Notes: generated from the letters alone by a model not told the origin. A DNA stretch of 64,000 nucleotides from Gammaproteobacteria bacterium (GCA_965243205.1 CBDEUK010000001.1:384001-448000); one strand, 5' to 3'. Positions 30,243-41,385 are shown, counted from the first letter of the stretch. Made by a program: numbers and translations.

Positions 30243-32150
30243 ATGAACAATAGCAACTACAACAATGCATTAGCCATTGATACTGAATTACTTTGGTATC
30301 GAATAGAAGGGGTACTTGGCCAAGGTGCGTTTGGTATTACCTATTTGGCGCATGATATTTATTTGGATAGAAAAGTTGCGATTAAAGAATACATGCCTGG
30401 TGCGTTTTCAATGCGCATGGATGATCTAAATATTGAACCAATTTCCAGTGATCTCACTAATGATTATAAATCTGGTTTAGAACGTTTTTTAAGTGAAGCC
30501 AGAACTCTTACTAAATTCAAACATCCAAATCTCGTTCAAGTTTTCAATATATTTGAAGAAAACAATACCGCCTACATGGTAATGAGTTATGAACAAGGCC
30601 GTAGCTTAAAACAAATTTTAAAAACCAGAAAATCATTATCAGAAACAGAACTGATGAATTTATTAGTGCCGCTAATGGATGGCCTCGAAATGATGCATGA
30701 AAAAGGTTTTATTCATCGTGATATCAAACCAGGAAATATCTTTATCCGTGAAGATAACACGCCTGTACTACTGGATTTTGGATCGGCTAGACAAACTCAT
30801 TATTTCCTTAGTGATGATGATGAAGAGTCACAAGTAAAAACGCTAACAAATTTTGTTTCTCCTGGTTATACACCGATTGAACAATACAGTGGCAAGAGTG
30901 ATCGCCAAGGTCCATGGACAGATATTTATGCTTTAGGCGCTACATTATATAAATGTATTACTGGCAGAATGCCAATTGAAGCAGTGGAACGTAGTGAAAG
31001 CATTGTTCACGTCAGTAAAGATGAATATGTGAGCCTTTATGAAATTGCCCAAGGTAAATATTCTAAATCATTTCTAAATGCAATTGATCATTCCCTCGAA
31101 TTCAAAGCACAAAACAGACCTCAAACCATCAAAGAATGGCGAAGCGAATTTGGTATCTCGATTGAAGAGTTCGATACTATTGAGTTACCAGAAGAAAATA
31201 CAGATGAATTACAAAGCCCTCTGGATATTAATACAGAAAATTTAGAAACATTAGAAGCAACCACTTATCAAAAAACCATACCTGAAAATCATGAAGCTAC
31301 TACTGTTGCTGCTGAAAGCCGTTTCGTTAAGAAGAAAAATTCATCAATAAAATCATTTATAACTTATGCTACCGCAGCTACGTTATTAGTAAGTGTATTT
31401 GCTATCACTTATTATCAAATTAATAAACCTAATGATGAGATTAGCGAGACTGTTACTCAACGATTAAACACTATTCCAGATCCAATCATAATAGAAGAAC
31501 GGACTCCACCAGTTACTGAGCCAAATACATTAACAGAAATAACCATTCAAACTACTCCAATCGGAATTGATGAAGAAATAGAAAAAACTAACACCTTAAA
31601 AGAAAGAATCGCCAAACAAAAATCTGATAAAAAAGAAGAAATCGAGATATTACTTCGTTTGGCCGCTAAAGATATTCAAGCTAAACGATACACTTTACCT
31701 GAAAATAATAATGCTTATGAAAAATATCAAAAAGTTTTGGCAATAGATGTATCTAATGAAGATGCTAAAAATGGTATCTTATTTTTAACGGATAAGTTTA
31801 TGATTGCAGCTTATAGAGAAATTGAAAAAAATAATTTCGATGGTGCAAAGGAAAATATAGCCAAGGCTGATACCTTATCTCCAAACTTGGATGCCGTGAA
31901 ACGAGCTAAAGAACATCTACAAAGGAAACAGCGCCAATATTACGCTGCCCAACGTGCCGCTCAACGACCACCTGAATCTCAAGTTAGTAATGTTCCTTCA
32001 AACGAACCAACCGTGAGTTCAACAAATACAGCAAACGATGGTGTTAAAGTCGTCGACTTATCCAGAGATGTTCCTAGCAAGCAAAAAGATTCTATTCCTG
32101 ATAACGAAATCGACCGTACTATTAAGTCTATTCAAACTTTGTTTGACTAA
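30243..32150 (+). CDS. Hanks-type Ser/Thr protein kinase, single TM, periplasmic TPR-like domain
   Basis: LGQGAFG, VAIKE, HRDIKPGN, DFG, GYTPIEQY, DIYALG; TM near residue 375; C-terminal NAYEKYQKVLAID..N..A repeats. Confidence 0.9.
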   Translation: MNNSNYNNALAIDTELLWYRIEGVLGQGAFGITYLAHDIYLDRKVAIKEYMPGAFSMRMDDLNIEPISSDLTNDYKSGLERFLSEARTLTKFKHPNLVQVFNIFEENNTAYMVMSYEQGRSLKQILKTRKSLSETELMNLLVPLMDGLEMMHEKGFIHRDIKPGNIFIREDNTPVLLDFGSARQTHYFLSDDDEESQVKTLTNFVSPGYTPIEQYSGKSDRQGPWTDIYALGATLYKCITGRMPIEAVERSESIVHVSKDEYVSLYEIAQGKYSKSFLNAIDHSLEFKAQNRPQTIKEWRSEFGISIEEFDTIELPEENTDELQSPLDINTENLETLEATTYQKTIPENHEATTVAAESRFVKKKNSSIKSFITYATAATLLVSVFAITYYQINKPNDEISETVTQRLNTIPDPIIIEERTPPVTEPNTLTEITIQTTPIGIDEEIEKTNTLKERIAKQKSDKKEEIEILLRLAAKDIQAKRYTLPENNNAYEKYQKVLAIDVSNEDAKNGILFLTDKFMIAAYREIEKNNFDGAKENIAKADTLSPNLDAVKRAKEHLQRKQRQYYAAQRAAQRPPESQVSNVPSNEPTVSSTNTANDGVKVVDLSRDVPSKQKDSIPDNEIDRTIKSIQTLFD

Positions 32151-32152
32151 AT

Positions 32153-33364
32153 CTATTTACAAGATAACGGTAAATATTTGGTTGGGATATTCTGACCATA
32201 ACAGTCCCATTTAACAGCGCCTTCTTCGACGTAAGGCTGAATAATAATAAATTTTTCTTCACCCTCCGTTGTGTTACCTACATACACGCCTATAATCCCG
32301 TTTTCATATATTCCAATATTGTATTTATTTTCTGGACCTATGATCTTATCTGTTTCACGCCCAAGATCTTTCATACTCACAGGCCAGTTCTGGTAAATAG
32401 TAGCGTAGTTTTCCACTTCAGGCTTAAATGACTCTGCTTCATAAACGTAACCTGTATACTGGACTCGTAATGTATAATCTTGATAAGCAGGAATGGCTAT
32501 CGCAGCAAGGATACCAATCAATGCAACTATCATTATCAAGGAAGTAAAACCACCAGCACCTAACCCAAACCTAGGTATAAACATCGCGAGTAACCATGCA
32601 AATTTATTCCGTGAAGGAAGTTTAATCGCCTTACCTTGCTTCATAGCCAAAGCGTTAACTAAGCGCTTAACTAACCAAGGGTAGTCACTGGTTAACTCAT
32701 TAAATGACATCCAAAAACCCGAAGTTTCTTTCACTTGCTGAGTATAAGCTTTGGTATTTAACGTTTTCCAACGAGTATCACCTGCCGCTATAGTTGCTAT
32801 AGCCGCAGTAATATCTTCCTCAATATCACAGCAAGCTACACCATATCTATCACAGGTATATTCTTCGGCTCGACAAAGCGCACTGCCTAATAGTGGTAAA
32901 AATTTAGCTGGTGCTAGAAACCACCCCCATAGCAAATGTTTTCTATTAATATGTCCTAACTCATGTCCTATATAAAAATCAACCGCACCTGGCTTATCTT
33001 CCAATGCATCGACAACATCTGTAAATAAGACAATATAATTTCGCCCAAGAAATCTGGTTGCTAAAGCGTTAAAGAAATCTGTGCGTAATAAATAGGCTTC
33101 AGGTACAGTCTCTTGTTCAATCGTATTACACGCATTAATGAGTTTTTTGTATAAATCAGGAAATTGATCTTGTGTGATTTTGACCCCTGTGCCCTTCACA
33201 TATGAAATAAATTGAGAATGTGCAAACAAACCCAATATATAAAATATAAGCAAGAAAATAAGCAAGGTACCAAAACTAACCGCTAATAGAGCAAGCCATA
33301 TAATTGAAGAAATGACTAATGCGATAAAAAATAATTTTTTCTCGTTTTTATATACAAGTTCCAA
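32153..33364 (-). CDS. M48 family zinc metalloprotease fused to a C-terminal type IV pilin-like domain
   Basis: FNALA, GHELGHI, EEYTCDRYG, YPWL..R (M48), then GFTSLIMIVALIGILAAIAIPAYQDY and C-terminal WDC...LPLSCK (pilin). Confidence 0.82.
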   Translation of the reverse strand: MELVYKNEKKLFFIALVISSIIWLALLAVSFGTLLIFLLIFYILGLFAHSQFISYVKGTGVKITQDQFPDLYKKLINACNTIEQETVPEAYLLRTDFFNALATRFLGRNYIVLFTDVVDALEDKPGAVDFYIGHELGHINRKHLLWGWFLAPAKFLPLLGSALCRAEEYTCDRYGVACCDIEEDITAAIATIAAGDTRWKTLNTKAYTQQVKETSGFWMSFNELTSDYPWLVKRLVNALAMKQGKAIKLPSRNKFAWLLAMFIPRFGLGAGGFTSLIMIVALIGILAAIAIPAYQDYTLRVQYTGYVYEAESFKPEVENYATIYQNWPVSMKDLGRETDKIIGPENKYNIGIYENGIIGVYVGNTTEGEEKFIIIQPYVEEGAVKWDCYGQNIPTKYLPLSCK

Positions 33365-33441
33365 GTTTAAACTCCAAAATTTTTATTTATCGTCATGGAT
33401 AACAAATAAATATTACAATTTAATGACGCAAGATTATCTCA

Positions 33442-36400
33442 TTAGTTCGACCACTCTCGCCAGCCTCTCAGTAATGGAAAATATAAACCAAGGCGAATTT
33501 CTCGATTAGATTCGCTTGAATTCATGTGTTTCATAATATGCGCGTAGCGGTTTAATTGGCTTTCATAACGAATTTTTTCTTGTTCGAGAAAATCATCAGT
33601 ATCGGCTTGTTCATGTCGACTGGTTTTATAATCGATTATCCAACGTATGCCATCCTTATCAATGAAAGTCCTATCTATTTTAATATTCACAATTGAATTA
33701 TTATATAAACCCGTTAGAGCATATTCATTTTGTGCATCAATATGTTGTTCACTCATTATCCATTTTCCTTTGGGATCAGAAACGACATTCATCAATGCTT
33801 CTTGAACTCGCTGACTGGTCCAGTTTAAATCCTTTTCTTCTACGCCCAATAATTTAAGATAATTTTGAAAATGTTTGCTGTATTTTTCTATTTTCTCTTT
33901 ATTCCACTCCGCTAACCCTTGTATAGCGATTTCCTGTAGATAACGATGAACTGTTGTTCCTATATGTTTAATATTGTCACTCGCCCATTCGTATTCGATG
34001 ACAGGTTCTAATTGTTGTATTTCAGTACTGTTAGTATTTATTAGTATTTCATCTTGATATTCTCTAGTAACACAATCATTACTTATTCGACGCAAACGCT
34101 GATCAATCATCAAAATCTCTTCAGTCGCATTAATTTTTTTATCCGATTGTAGTTGTTGATCAAATTTAGATTCAGCATATTGCCATAGATGTTGCAATAA
34201 ACTATTACTGTTGGCTTGACAATAAATATCACCCTCTTTGTTTTCTTTAGCATTTGCATGGCCATAAAGATGTAAAGAATTTTTAGCTCTAGTCGTTGCT
34301 ACATATAATAATCTGGCATCTTCATAATGATTTTTCGTTTTCTCAATCTGCTTTAAATATTGATAAACAGCATTTTGAGTACTACCAGATTGTTTTATTG
34401 GAGCCATGATCATTCTCTGCTCCGATAAATCAGAAACCATTGTCCATTTCATTAATTCATCTTTTGAAATATTTGTTCTCTTTCCTAAGCCTGGTAACAA
34501 TACATGATCAAATTCTAATCCTTTGGATTTATGCATACTCATAATATGCACTTGTATAGCATCATCGGAATCCGAGCCAGCGTATAATTTATTGACGGCA
34601 TTGTTTAGCTCAGAAATATTTGATAATTCACCGCCTTTGTCATAATCATCTAATAAATAAAAGAATCGTTGTACATCTTGCAAATGATGCTCATTTTCTA
34701 AAGTAGCAGGCCCACCCAACTTCAGCCAGAGCGACTCTATAATTTCATGTATCGATCGACGTTGTTTCTGAGTTAAATGTTCTCTAAAAATTCTAATAAA
34801 TCGTTCTAAACGAACTTGTTCACCATTTTGCAACCGAGATATATTTGATTGTTCCTGTAAAACATTCCAAACTGTATTATTTTTTGAGTAACTAAATAAT
34901 TGCGTCATTGAATGTAAACTTAAACCACACCAAGGTGCTCTCAAGATAGAAAACCACGCAACTTTATCTGCAAAATGCGAATAGGCTTGCGTTAGTGCCA
35001 TGAGGTCTAAAATATGACTTTGATTGGCTAAAGGTTCGATATCGACCGCTTTGAAAGCAATGTTTTCTGATTTTAAGATCGGTATGATTTGACGTAAATG
35101 CGAACGACTTTGTACTAAAATAGCAATGCTTTCATCTTTGTTTGTTTGAATAATCTGTTTTATTGTTTCAACAATGCTTGTTGCTTCTTCAGTATCAGAA
35201 CGATTTAACATTGCATGAAATTTAATATCCGTCTCATCGCCACTTATATTTTTTGCTACTGATGGATTAAAACTTACTGCACTCTCACTGACATTATCAT
35301 GTTTAGGCATGATTTTTGTGAAATGATAATTTATCCAATTCACAATCGACTGACTAGAACGAAAATTTAATTCTAAACGCAATGGCCTTAGTTGAATTTG
35401 ATTAATTCTTTGTTCTTGCCATGTTTGAATAAAAATACCAACTTCAGCTTCACGAAATCGATAAATTGATTGCATGGGATCACCAACTAAAAATACTGAA
35501 TTTGTTTCTTCTGTCGACCAACCAGCAATTAAACGATTAAGTAATACATATTGGCTAACAGAAATATCTTGAAACTCATCAACTAATAAATGGCTTATTT
35601 TATGATCGATATACAAAGCCAAATCAGTCGGTTCATCGTCGTCACCTAAAGCGGTTATGGCAGCTTGAGAAACGGCGGTAAAGTCGAGTTTATTCTGCGC
35701 CGAAAAAACTAAACGTAATTCTGCTTCTGCCAAACGTAATAAATTAAGCATAGCGCCAATGATTTCCCAATCATTGGATTCATATTCTGCTGAAGGAAGA
35801 TAATCTAAATCACTTAATAAAGCTTGAACTTCAGAATGAGCTTGCAAGGCTTGTAATAAGTTTTGCATTCTTTCTTTCATTGACTTACGTAATTCAGCTT
35901 CTGATTTTTTTTCAGATGGTGCGGGAAAACCTATCTTTTTTGTTACTTGAACTCGCCAAGCTGCTTTATCGGTTAATAATAACGTTCTTAACGCTTGCCA
36001 TTTATTTAAATCCTGCCAATTTGAACTAGGTAAAGATCGCATATCATGACATTGACTAATGATATTATCTGGATCTGCTTGTAATAATTGTTCTGCGGCA
36101 TATGACAATAACTCACATAACTCGTTACTTAACTCTTGTGGAAAACTTTGCTCTAACTTCGTTAAATGCGACTCGATGATATGTTTTAATGTGGCTTCCA
36201 TATCATTTCGATCATGCTCTGACACCACATAACGAATCCATTGATCTCGCTTATACAACATTTGGATCAATAGATTTTTTAATCGCGGAATATCATTGTC
36301 TAAATAAATTAATAAATTAGCTAAATCATTCGACCAAGAACTTTCTTTTTCTAATTGCTTAATGACATTATTAACTGCGAGCTCAAATAAATATATAGGA

Positions 36401-36828
36401 TCATCAACCGTCTCCGCTCTTGAACCTAATTGTGCTAGCACAGGCATTTGATAACATAAGTTTGCACATAATGAATCAATCGTCTGAATTCTTAGCCTGT
36501 TGGGGTTTTCTTCCAAATTCCATTCAAACTGTTTATCATGTTCTAATACTTTACTTGCTAACTCTTGAGTTAATAATTCATGTTCTGTTACTGCAGAAAT
36601 TTTTTGCCGAGCCTTATCTAATGCCGATAACACACGAGTTTGCATTTCCGAAGCAGCTTTTTTTGTAAACGTAATTGCAATAATTTCTTCGGGAGATTCA
36701 ACTAAAGACAGTAATTTTAAATATCGTTGAATTAATAATTCAGTCTTACCTGAACCAGCAGGAGCTTGAACAATAAATGATTGTTCAGGATTTATAGCGT
36801 CTTGACGTTGTTGAAAATCAGCGATCAT
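33442..36828 (-). CDS. addA: AddA/RecB-type UvrD helicase-nuclease
   Basis: APAGSGKT, AITFT.KAA.EM, LVDEFQD, VGDPMQSIYRFR, HKSKGLEFD, LLYVATTRA, C-terminal IDR...WIIDYKT nuclease. Confidence 0.85.
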   Translation of the reverse strand: MIADFQQRQDAINPEQSFIVQAPAGSGKTELLIQRYLKLLSLVESPEEIIAITFTKKAASEMQTRVLSALDKARQKISAVTEHELLTQELASKVLEHDKQFEWNLEENPNRLRIQTIDSLCANLCYQMPVLAQLGSRAETVDDPIYLFELAVNNVIKQLEKESSWSNDLANLLIYLDNDIPRLKNLLIQMLYKRDQWIRYVVSEHDRNDMEATLKHIIESHLTKLEQSFPQELSNELCELLSYAAEQLLQADPDNIISQCHDMRSLPSSNWQDLNKWQALRTLLLTDKAAWRVQVTKKIGFPAPSEKKSEAELRKSMKERMQNLLQALQAHSEVQALLSDLDYLPSAEYESNDWEIIGAMLNLLRLAEAELRLVFSAQNKLDFTAVSQAAITALGDDDEPTDLALYIDHKISHLLVDEFQDISVSQYVLLNRLIAGWSTEETNSVFLVGDPMQSIYRFREAEVGIFIQTWQEQRINQIQLRPLRLELNFRSSQSIVNWINYHFTKIMPKHDNVSESAVSFNPSVAKNISGDETDIKFHAMLNRSDTEEATSIVETIKQIIQTNKDESIAILVQSRSHLRQIIPILKSENIAFKAVDIEPLANQSHILDLMALTQAYSHFADKVAWFSILRAPWCGLSLHSMTQLFSYSKNNTVWNVLQEQSNISRLQNGEQVRLERFIRIFREHLTQKQRRSIHEIIESLWLKLGGPATLENEHHLQDVQRFFYLLDDYDKGGELSNISELNNAVNKLYAGSDSDDAIQVHIMSMHKSKGLEFDHVLLPGLGKRTNISKDELMKWTMVSDLSEQRMIMAPIKQSGSTQNAVYQYLKQIEKTKNHYEDARLLYVATTRAKNSLHLYGHANAKENKEGDIYCQANSNSLLQHLWQYAESKFDQQLQSDKKINATEEILMIDQRLRRISNDCVTREYQDEILINTNSTEIQQLEPVIEYEWASDNIKHIGTTVHRYLQEIAIQGLAEWNKEKIEKYSKHFQNYLKLLGVEEKDLNWTSQRVQEALMNVVSDPKGKWIMSEQHIDAQNEYALTGLYNNSIVNIKIDRTFIDKDGIRWIIDYKTSRHEQADTDDFLEQEKIRYESQLNRYAHIMKHMNSSESNREIRLGLYFPLLRGWREWSN

Positions 36829-39461
36829 TCTTCTTCCAAATAAGCATCGATGCGTTCATTGATCCTACATAAAGTTGGAAATTCGCAATAACGGCAAGCA
36901 CCTGGCATTGGATCAACAATCACTTTGCCTGCTTGAAATTCTAAAGCTAAACTCGCTAAATTAGATTGCCAATCTTTTAGACATTGCTGCCATTGTTCAT
37001 GCGGTAGAGCTTTTATTTTTGGAATAAGAACATCTGTATCCGATATTCCAAGATAACGATAATCACCAATTTTTAATTTAGCAAATGCTAATCCAGCAAC
37101 TTCTCCTTCTGTCGTAATAGCATAGAGTGGTAATTGAGGGTCTTCTGGCCGTTCGCCAAACCATGAATTAGGAGATATTTCTCCTGTTTTATAATCAATG
37201 ATGATTAAACGACCATCTTTTAATTGATCGAGCCTATCGATACGCATATGTAAAGTAATTCCATGGAATGAAATATGATGGCCTTTTTCTACTGCATTAA
37301 CAGTAAATACTTCTCGTTGCCTTTCTATCTCTATCCAATTTTTTAATACTCTTGAAAGACGCTCCCGTTCGATTTCTATAAAGCGTTCTCCTAAGGAATC
37401 AGAAAAAAATTGTTTTTGTTCATCAAGGCTATTATTTACAGATTCTTTAATTCTCCGATCTAACACATTTTCAGATAAATATTTTAATTGGTCTGAATGT
37501 TTAATTTTTTCCCAGAAAAGTTGTAACACCCGATGAATTAGAATACCTCTATCGATTGCATTTAATCCTATTTCAACATGATTCAAACTATCGGCATACA
37601 AACGATGTCTCGCAAAGGCTTTAAAAGAGCATGCTGCCTGATCTTTAAATAAAGCTGCTGTACCGTTGATTGATTGATCAGCTTTTATTTCAGGAGCTAC
37701 GTCCGTTTCCATATATTCTATTTTACGTTTTGCATATAACTTTTCTGCAAAACCTATTCTTAAGTCAATATTATTTTCCTTAAACGGAATATTTTTTAAT
37801 AAAGGGCTGGGTCTTAACTCATTATCATTTTCATTAGTTGAATAACTGAATAGAATATTTTTGGTTGAAGCAATTAAAGATTCTGTTAGCTGTTGGGCAT
37901 ACTTTAAACTAATATTCGCTGTACAACCTGGCATTTCTAATTCACGTTGCAATTCATAAGGTAAAAATGGATTAGGTATTGTATTTTGCGGCCAAGCATT
38001 GTCATGTGCATCAGCAAACCAGCAATAATCAAATTGCATTCCACTGGCACCTTCAATACCCATAATAAAAATATTTTTATCTTCAGTTTTCGGTTGAAAC
38101 TGTATTTGACCACATAGATGATTTAATAGATTCAAAGCTGAATAAAAATCATATTTAGCAGATATAATATTTAGTGAGGCCAATTTTTCTAAACAGTCTT
38201 GCCAAGCTTCCCAAGTCTGATAATCATCAGAATTTAATTTTTCATCACCTGGCCATAAAAAAAACTTTAAACATTCTGAAAAAATAGAAGGCCATTCTTT
38301 TAACGATTTACTGTTTAGGTTTTCCTGTTTAAAGGAAAAATACTGTTGTAATTTATCAATCATAATCGGACATTGATTTTCTTCGTCCAATCTTTCATGA
38401 ATATGCATAATCGTCTCAAATCGTATCGAAGGTTGACCAAGTTTTTTTAACTCTGCATCTAATATGTGACGTTGATTTAATTCACTCTCATAACCCGTAA
38501 TAAAAACTGAACGTAGCACTAAACTTAAACGATCTAAATCTATTCTAAATACGTTTAGAGATAAAATAGTCAAAGCAATATTTATCATTGAATAATCCGT
38601 TAATGCTTTGCCTAATGAAATGGTAAAAGGAAATTGATTTTGCACAGAGTTATGCAAATATTGTTTTATAGATAACCGTTTGCTCAATTCAGTTTGAAAA
38701 AGTGATTTTTTTGAATTCAAATTTGGAACAATGATTCCTATTTTTGCATTCGGCTGTGTGTTTGAACAATCAATGAGCCAATCCGCTATAGCATCCACTT
38801 CTTTCGTTTCATCTTCGAAAGCTATTTTTTCCGTTAAATTATTTTGTTTCGAAGGGCTTAAACAATCAATTTGTATATTTTGATTTCTTAAATACGTTAG
38901 AAACGACTGCTGTCTAGGCATTAGATCATCAAATGCATAAAATATGTATTTGTTAAATTTAGTTTGTGATGGATTAAAATTATGTTCTATGAACGTTATG
39001 ACATTCGCTTGATCCAACCAATTTTTTGCCTTACATCTTAACTGATACGATTCCATCCAAAGTTTAAACGCAAACACATCTTGATTAATAAAATACTCGT
39101 CTGGAATCGATTCTATGTTCCAATCTTTACATAAACGATATGCTGCTTGCACTTGGCGAGCTGTTGCATCAATTTGCAACAACTGTTTTGCATAATTTGA
39201 TGACTCAATCACCTTAGACCATAAAAGCAGAGACTGATGCCTTGTCAATAATATCGGCGGAGAATCATGCTCAAGACATTGCTCTTGCCATAATTGATTT
39301 AACCAAATATTCCAAGAAAGAACATTTGCTGAAGGCCATGATTGCTTACCCGTTTCTATTTGCTGCGCTGCATACTCAGAATGTAAATGGTGAGCTAGAC
39401 CTTGTGTGGGGGTTATAATGATATTTCCCTGCTCGATGCGTGCTAGTATTTCCTTATTCAT
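36825..39461 (-). CDS. addB: AddB-like inactive-helicase/PD-(D/E)XK nuclease subunit
   Basis: 4-bp overlap with addA; RIDRLD..IIDYKTG, PQLPLYA; Fe-S staple cysteines (QAACSF ... CRYCEFPTLC). Confidence 0.78.
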   Translation of the reverse strand: MNKEILARIEQGNIIITPTQGLAHHLHSEYAAQQIETGKQSWPSANVLSWNIWLNQLWQEQCLEHDSPPILLTRHQSLLLWSKVIESSNYAKQLLQIDATARQVQAAYRLCKDWNIESIPDEYFINQDVFAFKLWMESYQLRCKAKNWLDQANVITFIEHNFNPSQTKFNKYIFYAFDDLMPRQQSFLTYLRNQNIQIDCLSPSKQNNLTEKIAFEDETKEVDAIADWLIDCSNTQPNAKIGIIVPNLNSKKSLFQTELSKRLSIKQYLHNSVQNQFPFTISLGKALTDYSMINIALTILSLNVFRIDLDRLSLVLRSVFITGYESELNQRHILDAELKKLGQPSIRFETIMHIHERLDEENQCPIMIDKLQQYFSFKQENLNSKSLKEWPSIFSECLKFFLWPGDEKLNSDDYQTWEAWQDCLEKLASLNIISAKYDFYSALNLLNHLCGQIQFQPKTEDKNIFIMGIEGASGMQFDYCWFADAHDNAWPQNTIPNPFLPYELQRELEMPGCTANISLKYAQQLTESLIASTKNILFSYSTNENDNELRPSPLLKNIPFKENNIDLRIGFAEKLYAKRKIEYMETDVAPEIKADQSINGTAALFKDQAACSFKAFARHRLYADSLNHVEIGLNAIDRGILIHRVLQLFWEKIKHSDQLKYLSENVLDRRIKESVNNSLDEQKQFFSDSLGERFIEIERERLSRVLKNWIEIERQREVFTVNAVEKGHHISFHGITLHMRIDRLDQLKDGRLIIIDYKTGEISPNSWFGERPEDPQLPLYAITTEGEVAGLAFAKLKIGDYRYLGISDTDVLIPKIKALPHEQWQQCLKDWQSNLASLALEFQAGKVIVDPMPGACRYCEFPTLCRINERIDAYLEEE

Positions 39462-39615
39462 AACTGTAATCTTTCAATGGATTAATAATGATTATTTGGA
39501 ATTTTGTCATTATATTCTTGTCTTAATCGGGCATGATTAACATGGTAAAATCGTTCATGTTAATTTTTCTCGTATAAATTAAAAATTCACACTCAAATCT
39601 ATCAATGGACTAGCC

Positions 39616-40605
39616 ATGCGAAGAACAAACAAACCGGCCGAATGTTTAACCGTGGAGCCTACCCAACAAATAGCAAGTTTGAATGAAGATATTCTGAATA
39701 ATTTTCTGCATCAACCTCGCTCCTTATCCCCTAAATACTTTTATGATGATCGAGGTTCAGATTTATTCACTCAGATATGTGATACTCCAGAATATTATCC
39801 CACACGCACTGAAGATTCATTACTTAATCAATACTGCATCGATATTATCACGAAATCTCAACCTAACCAGATTATTGAATTAGGCAGTGGTAATTCACAA
39901 AAAACCCGCCATCTTTTTAATGCGTGCGAGACATTAGGCACTTATTGTCGTTATTTACCATTCGATGTATGCGAATCCATTTTAGTTGAAAGTAGCCAAG
40001 AATTGCATGAAGAATATCCTTGGCTAGACATACAACCTTTGCAGGGTGATTTTTACGCTGGCCTAGGCAATCTCCCCCAAAATCACAATAAAAATTTATA
40101 TATTTTTTTAGGTGGCAGTATTGGTAACTTTACTCCAGAAAAAGCTGGGCAGTTCTTAAAAGAATTATATCAAACCATGAATGATGGCGATTTTTTCCTA
40201 CTTGGTGCTGATAGAAAAAAAGAACCTTCCGTATTAAATGCTGCTTATAATGATGCTCAAGGGATTACTGCAGAATTTAATTTAAATGTACTAAACGTCA
40301 TTAATCATGAATTAGATGCAAACTTTAACATTAATGAATTTGAACACAGTGCTCATTTTAATGACATGCTAGATAGAATTGAAATGCATTTAATTTCTAA
40401 AAAAGATCAAACTGTCGACCTTAATCGCTTGAATGAACAAGTTGAAATTTCCCAAGGAGAAAAAATATTAACGGAAATAAGCTGTAAATATAGTTTTGAT
40501 AAATTAGAAACTTTATTACGTAATGCCGGTTTTAATATAGAACAACACTATCAACCCATTAACAATTATTTCTCATTGGTCTTAGCTAAAAAGAATATTA
40601 CTTAA
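39616..40605 (+). CDS. egtD: L-histidine N-alpha-methyltransferase (EgtD family)
   Basis: [65 protein letters not shown]. Confidence 0.88.
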   Translation: MRRTNKPAECLTVEPTQQIASLNEDILNNFLHQPRSLSPKYFYDDRGSDLFTQICDTPEYYPTRTEDSLLNQYCIDIITKSQPNQIIELGSGNSQKTRHLFNACETLGTYCRYLPFDVCESILVESSQELHEEYPWLDIQPLQGDFYAGLGNLPQNHNKNLYIFLGGSIGNFTPEKAGQFLKELYQTMNDGDFFLLGADRKKEPSVLNAAYNDAQGITAEFNLNVLNVINHELDANFNINEFEHSAHFNDMLDRIEMHLISKKDQTVDLNRLNEQVEISQGEKILTEISCKYSFDKLETLLRNAGFNIEQHYQPINNYFSLVLAKKNIT

Positions 40606-41009
40606 TGTCGAATATAAAAATTAAAAAAACCGAACAAGAGTGGCGTGAGCAACTTTCAGACGCTGAGTTTAATATTTGCCGAATGAAAGGTACTGAACGT
40701 GCATTTACTGGTGAATATTATAATTGTAAAAATGATGGTATTTATACTTGCACTTGTTGTGGTGCTGAATTATTTGATTCCATCGCTAAATATGATTCTG
40801 GTTCAGGTTGGCCAAGTTTTTTTCAACCGATACAAGATGAAAACATTATAGAAAATATTGACAAAAGTCATGGTATGACTCGTACAGAAATTGTATGCAG
40901 TGATTGCGACTCACATTTAGGTCACGTCTTTTCTGATGGTCCTAACCCAACAGGCTTACGTTATTGCGTAAATTCTGCTTCATTAAAACTCAAACCGAAA
41001 AGTGATTAA
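40605..41009 (+). CDS. msrB: Peptide-methionine (R)-S-oxide reductase
   Basis: [38 protein letters not shown]; TAATG coupling to egtD. Confidence 0.96.
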   Translation: MSNIKIKKTEQEWREQLSDAEFNICRMKGTERAFTGEYYNCKNDGIYTCTCCGAELFDSIAKYDSGSGWPSFFQPIQDENIIENIDKSHGMTRTEIVCSDCDSHLGHVFSDGPNPTGLRYCVNSASLKLKPKSD

Positions 41010-41385
41010 GACAATCACTCGGTGTACCACTAGAATGTTATTCATTTTAGTAATTGGAAATCCCGTGATAGCAAATGAGGCTGATGTCTTATCATGCAAG
41101 GTAGAATGCAGTAATAATTTTTGCCGTTTTGAAGTCACTGTAAAACATAATGATGAAGGATGGGAACATTACGCAAAAGGAATTGAGATACTGAATCTGG
41201 ATAAAACGAAAGTGTTAGGATTTAGACCTCTGCGTCACCCACATGTCAAAGAACAACCCTTTACACGAACGATTTCTGTTTTATTTTCTGAACCTACTGA
41301 CAGAGTCATAATTCGCGCTTATGACTCTGTACATGAGTTTGGGGGAAACGAATTAGAAGTCGTATTACCGAAGTTTAATCAGTAA
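41002..41385 (+). CDS. Conserved hypothetical exported protein with clustered His motifs
   Basis: Signal-like N-terminus; [37 protein letters not shown]. Confidence 0.7.
   Translation: MIKTITRCTTRMLFILVIGNPVIANEADVLSCKVECSNNFCRFEVTVKHNDEGWEHYAKGIEILNLDKTKVLGFRPLRHPHVKEQPFTRTISVLFSEPTDRVIIRAYDSVHEFGGNELEVVLPKFNQ

Noticed and set aside
33442-39461. Helicase plus PD-(D/E)XK nuclease as a defence system
   Set aside because: Sizes, motif order and Fe-S staple fit housekeeping AddAB, and there is no defence-island context.
40605-41009. Selenocysteine MsrB
   Set aside because: The catalytic codon is TGC (RYCVNS) and there is no in-frame TGA.
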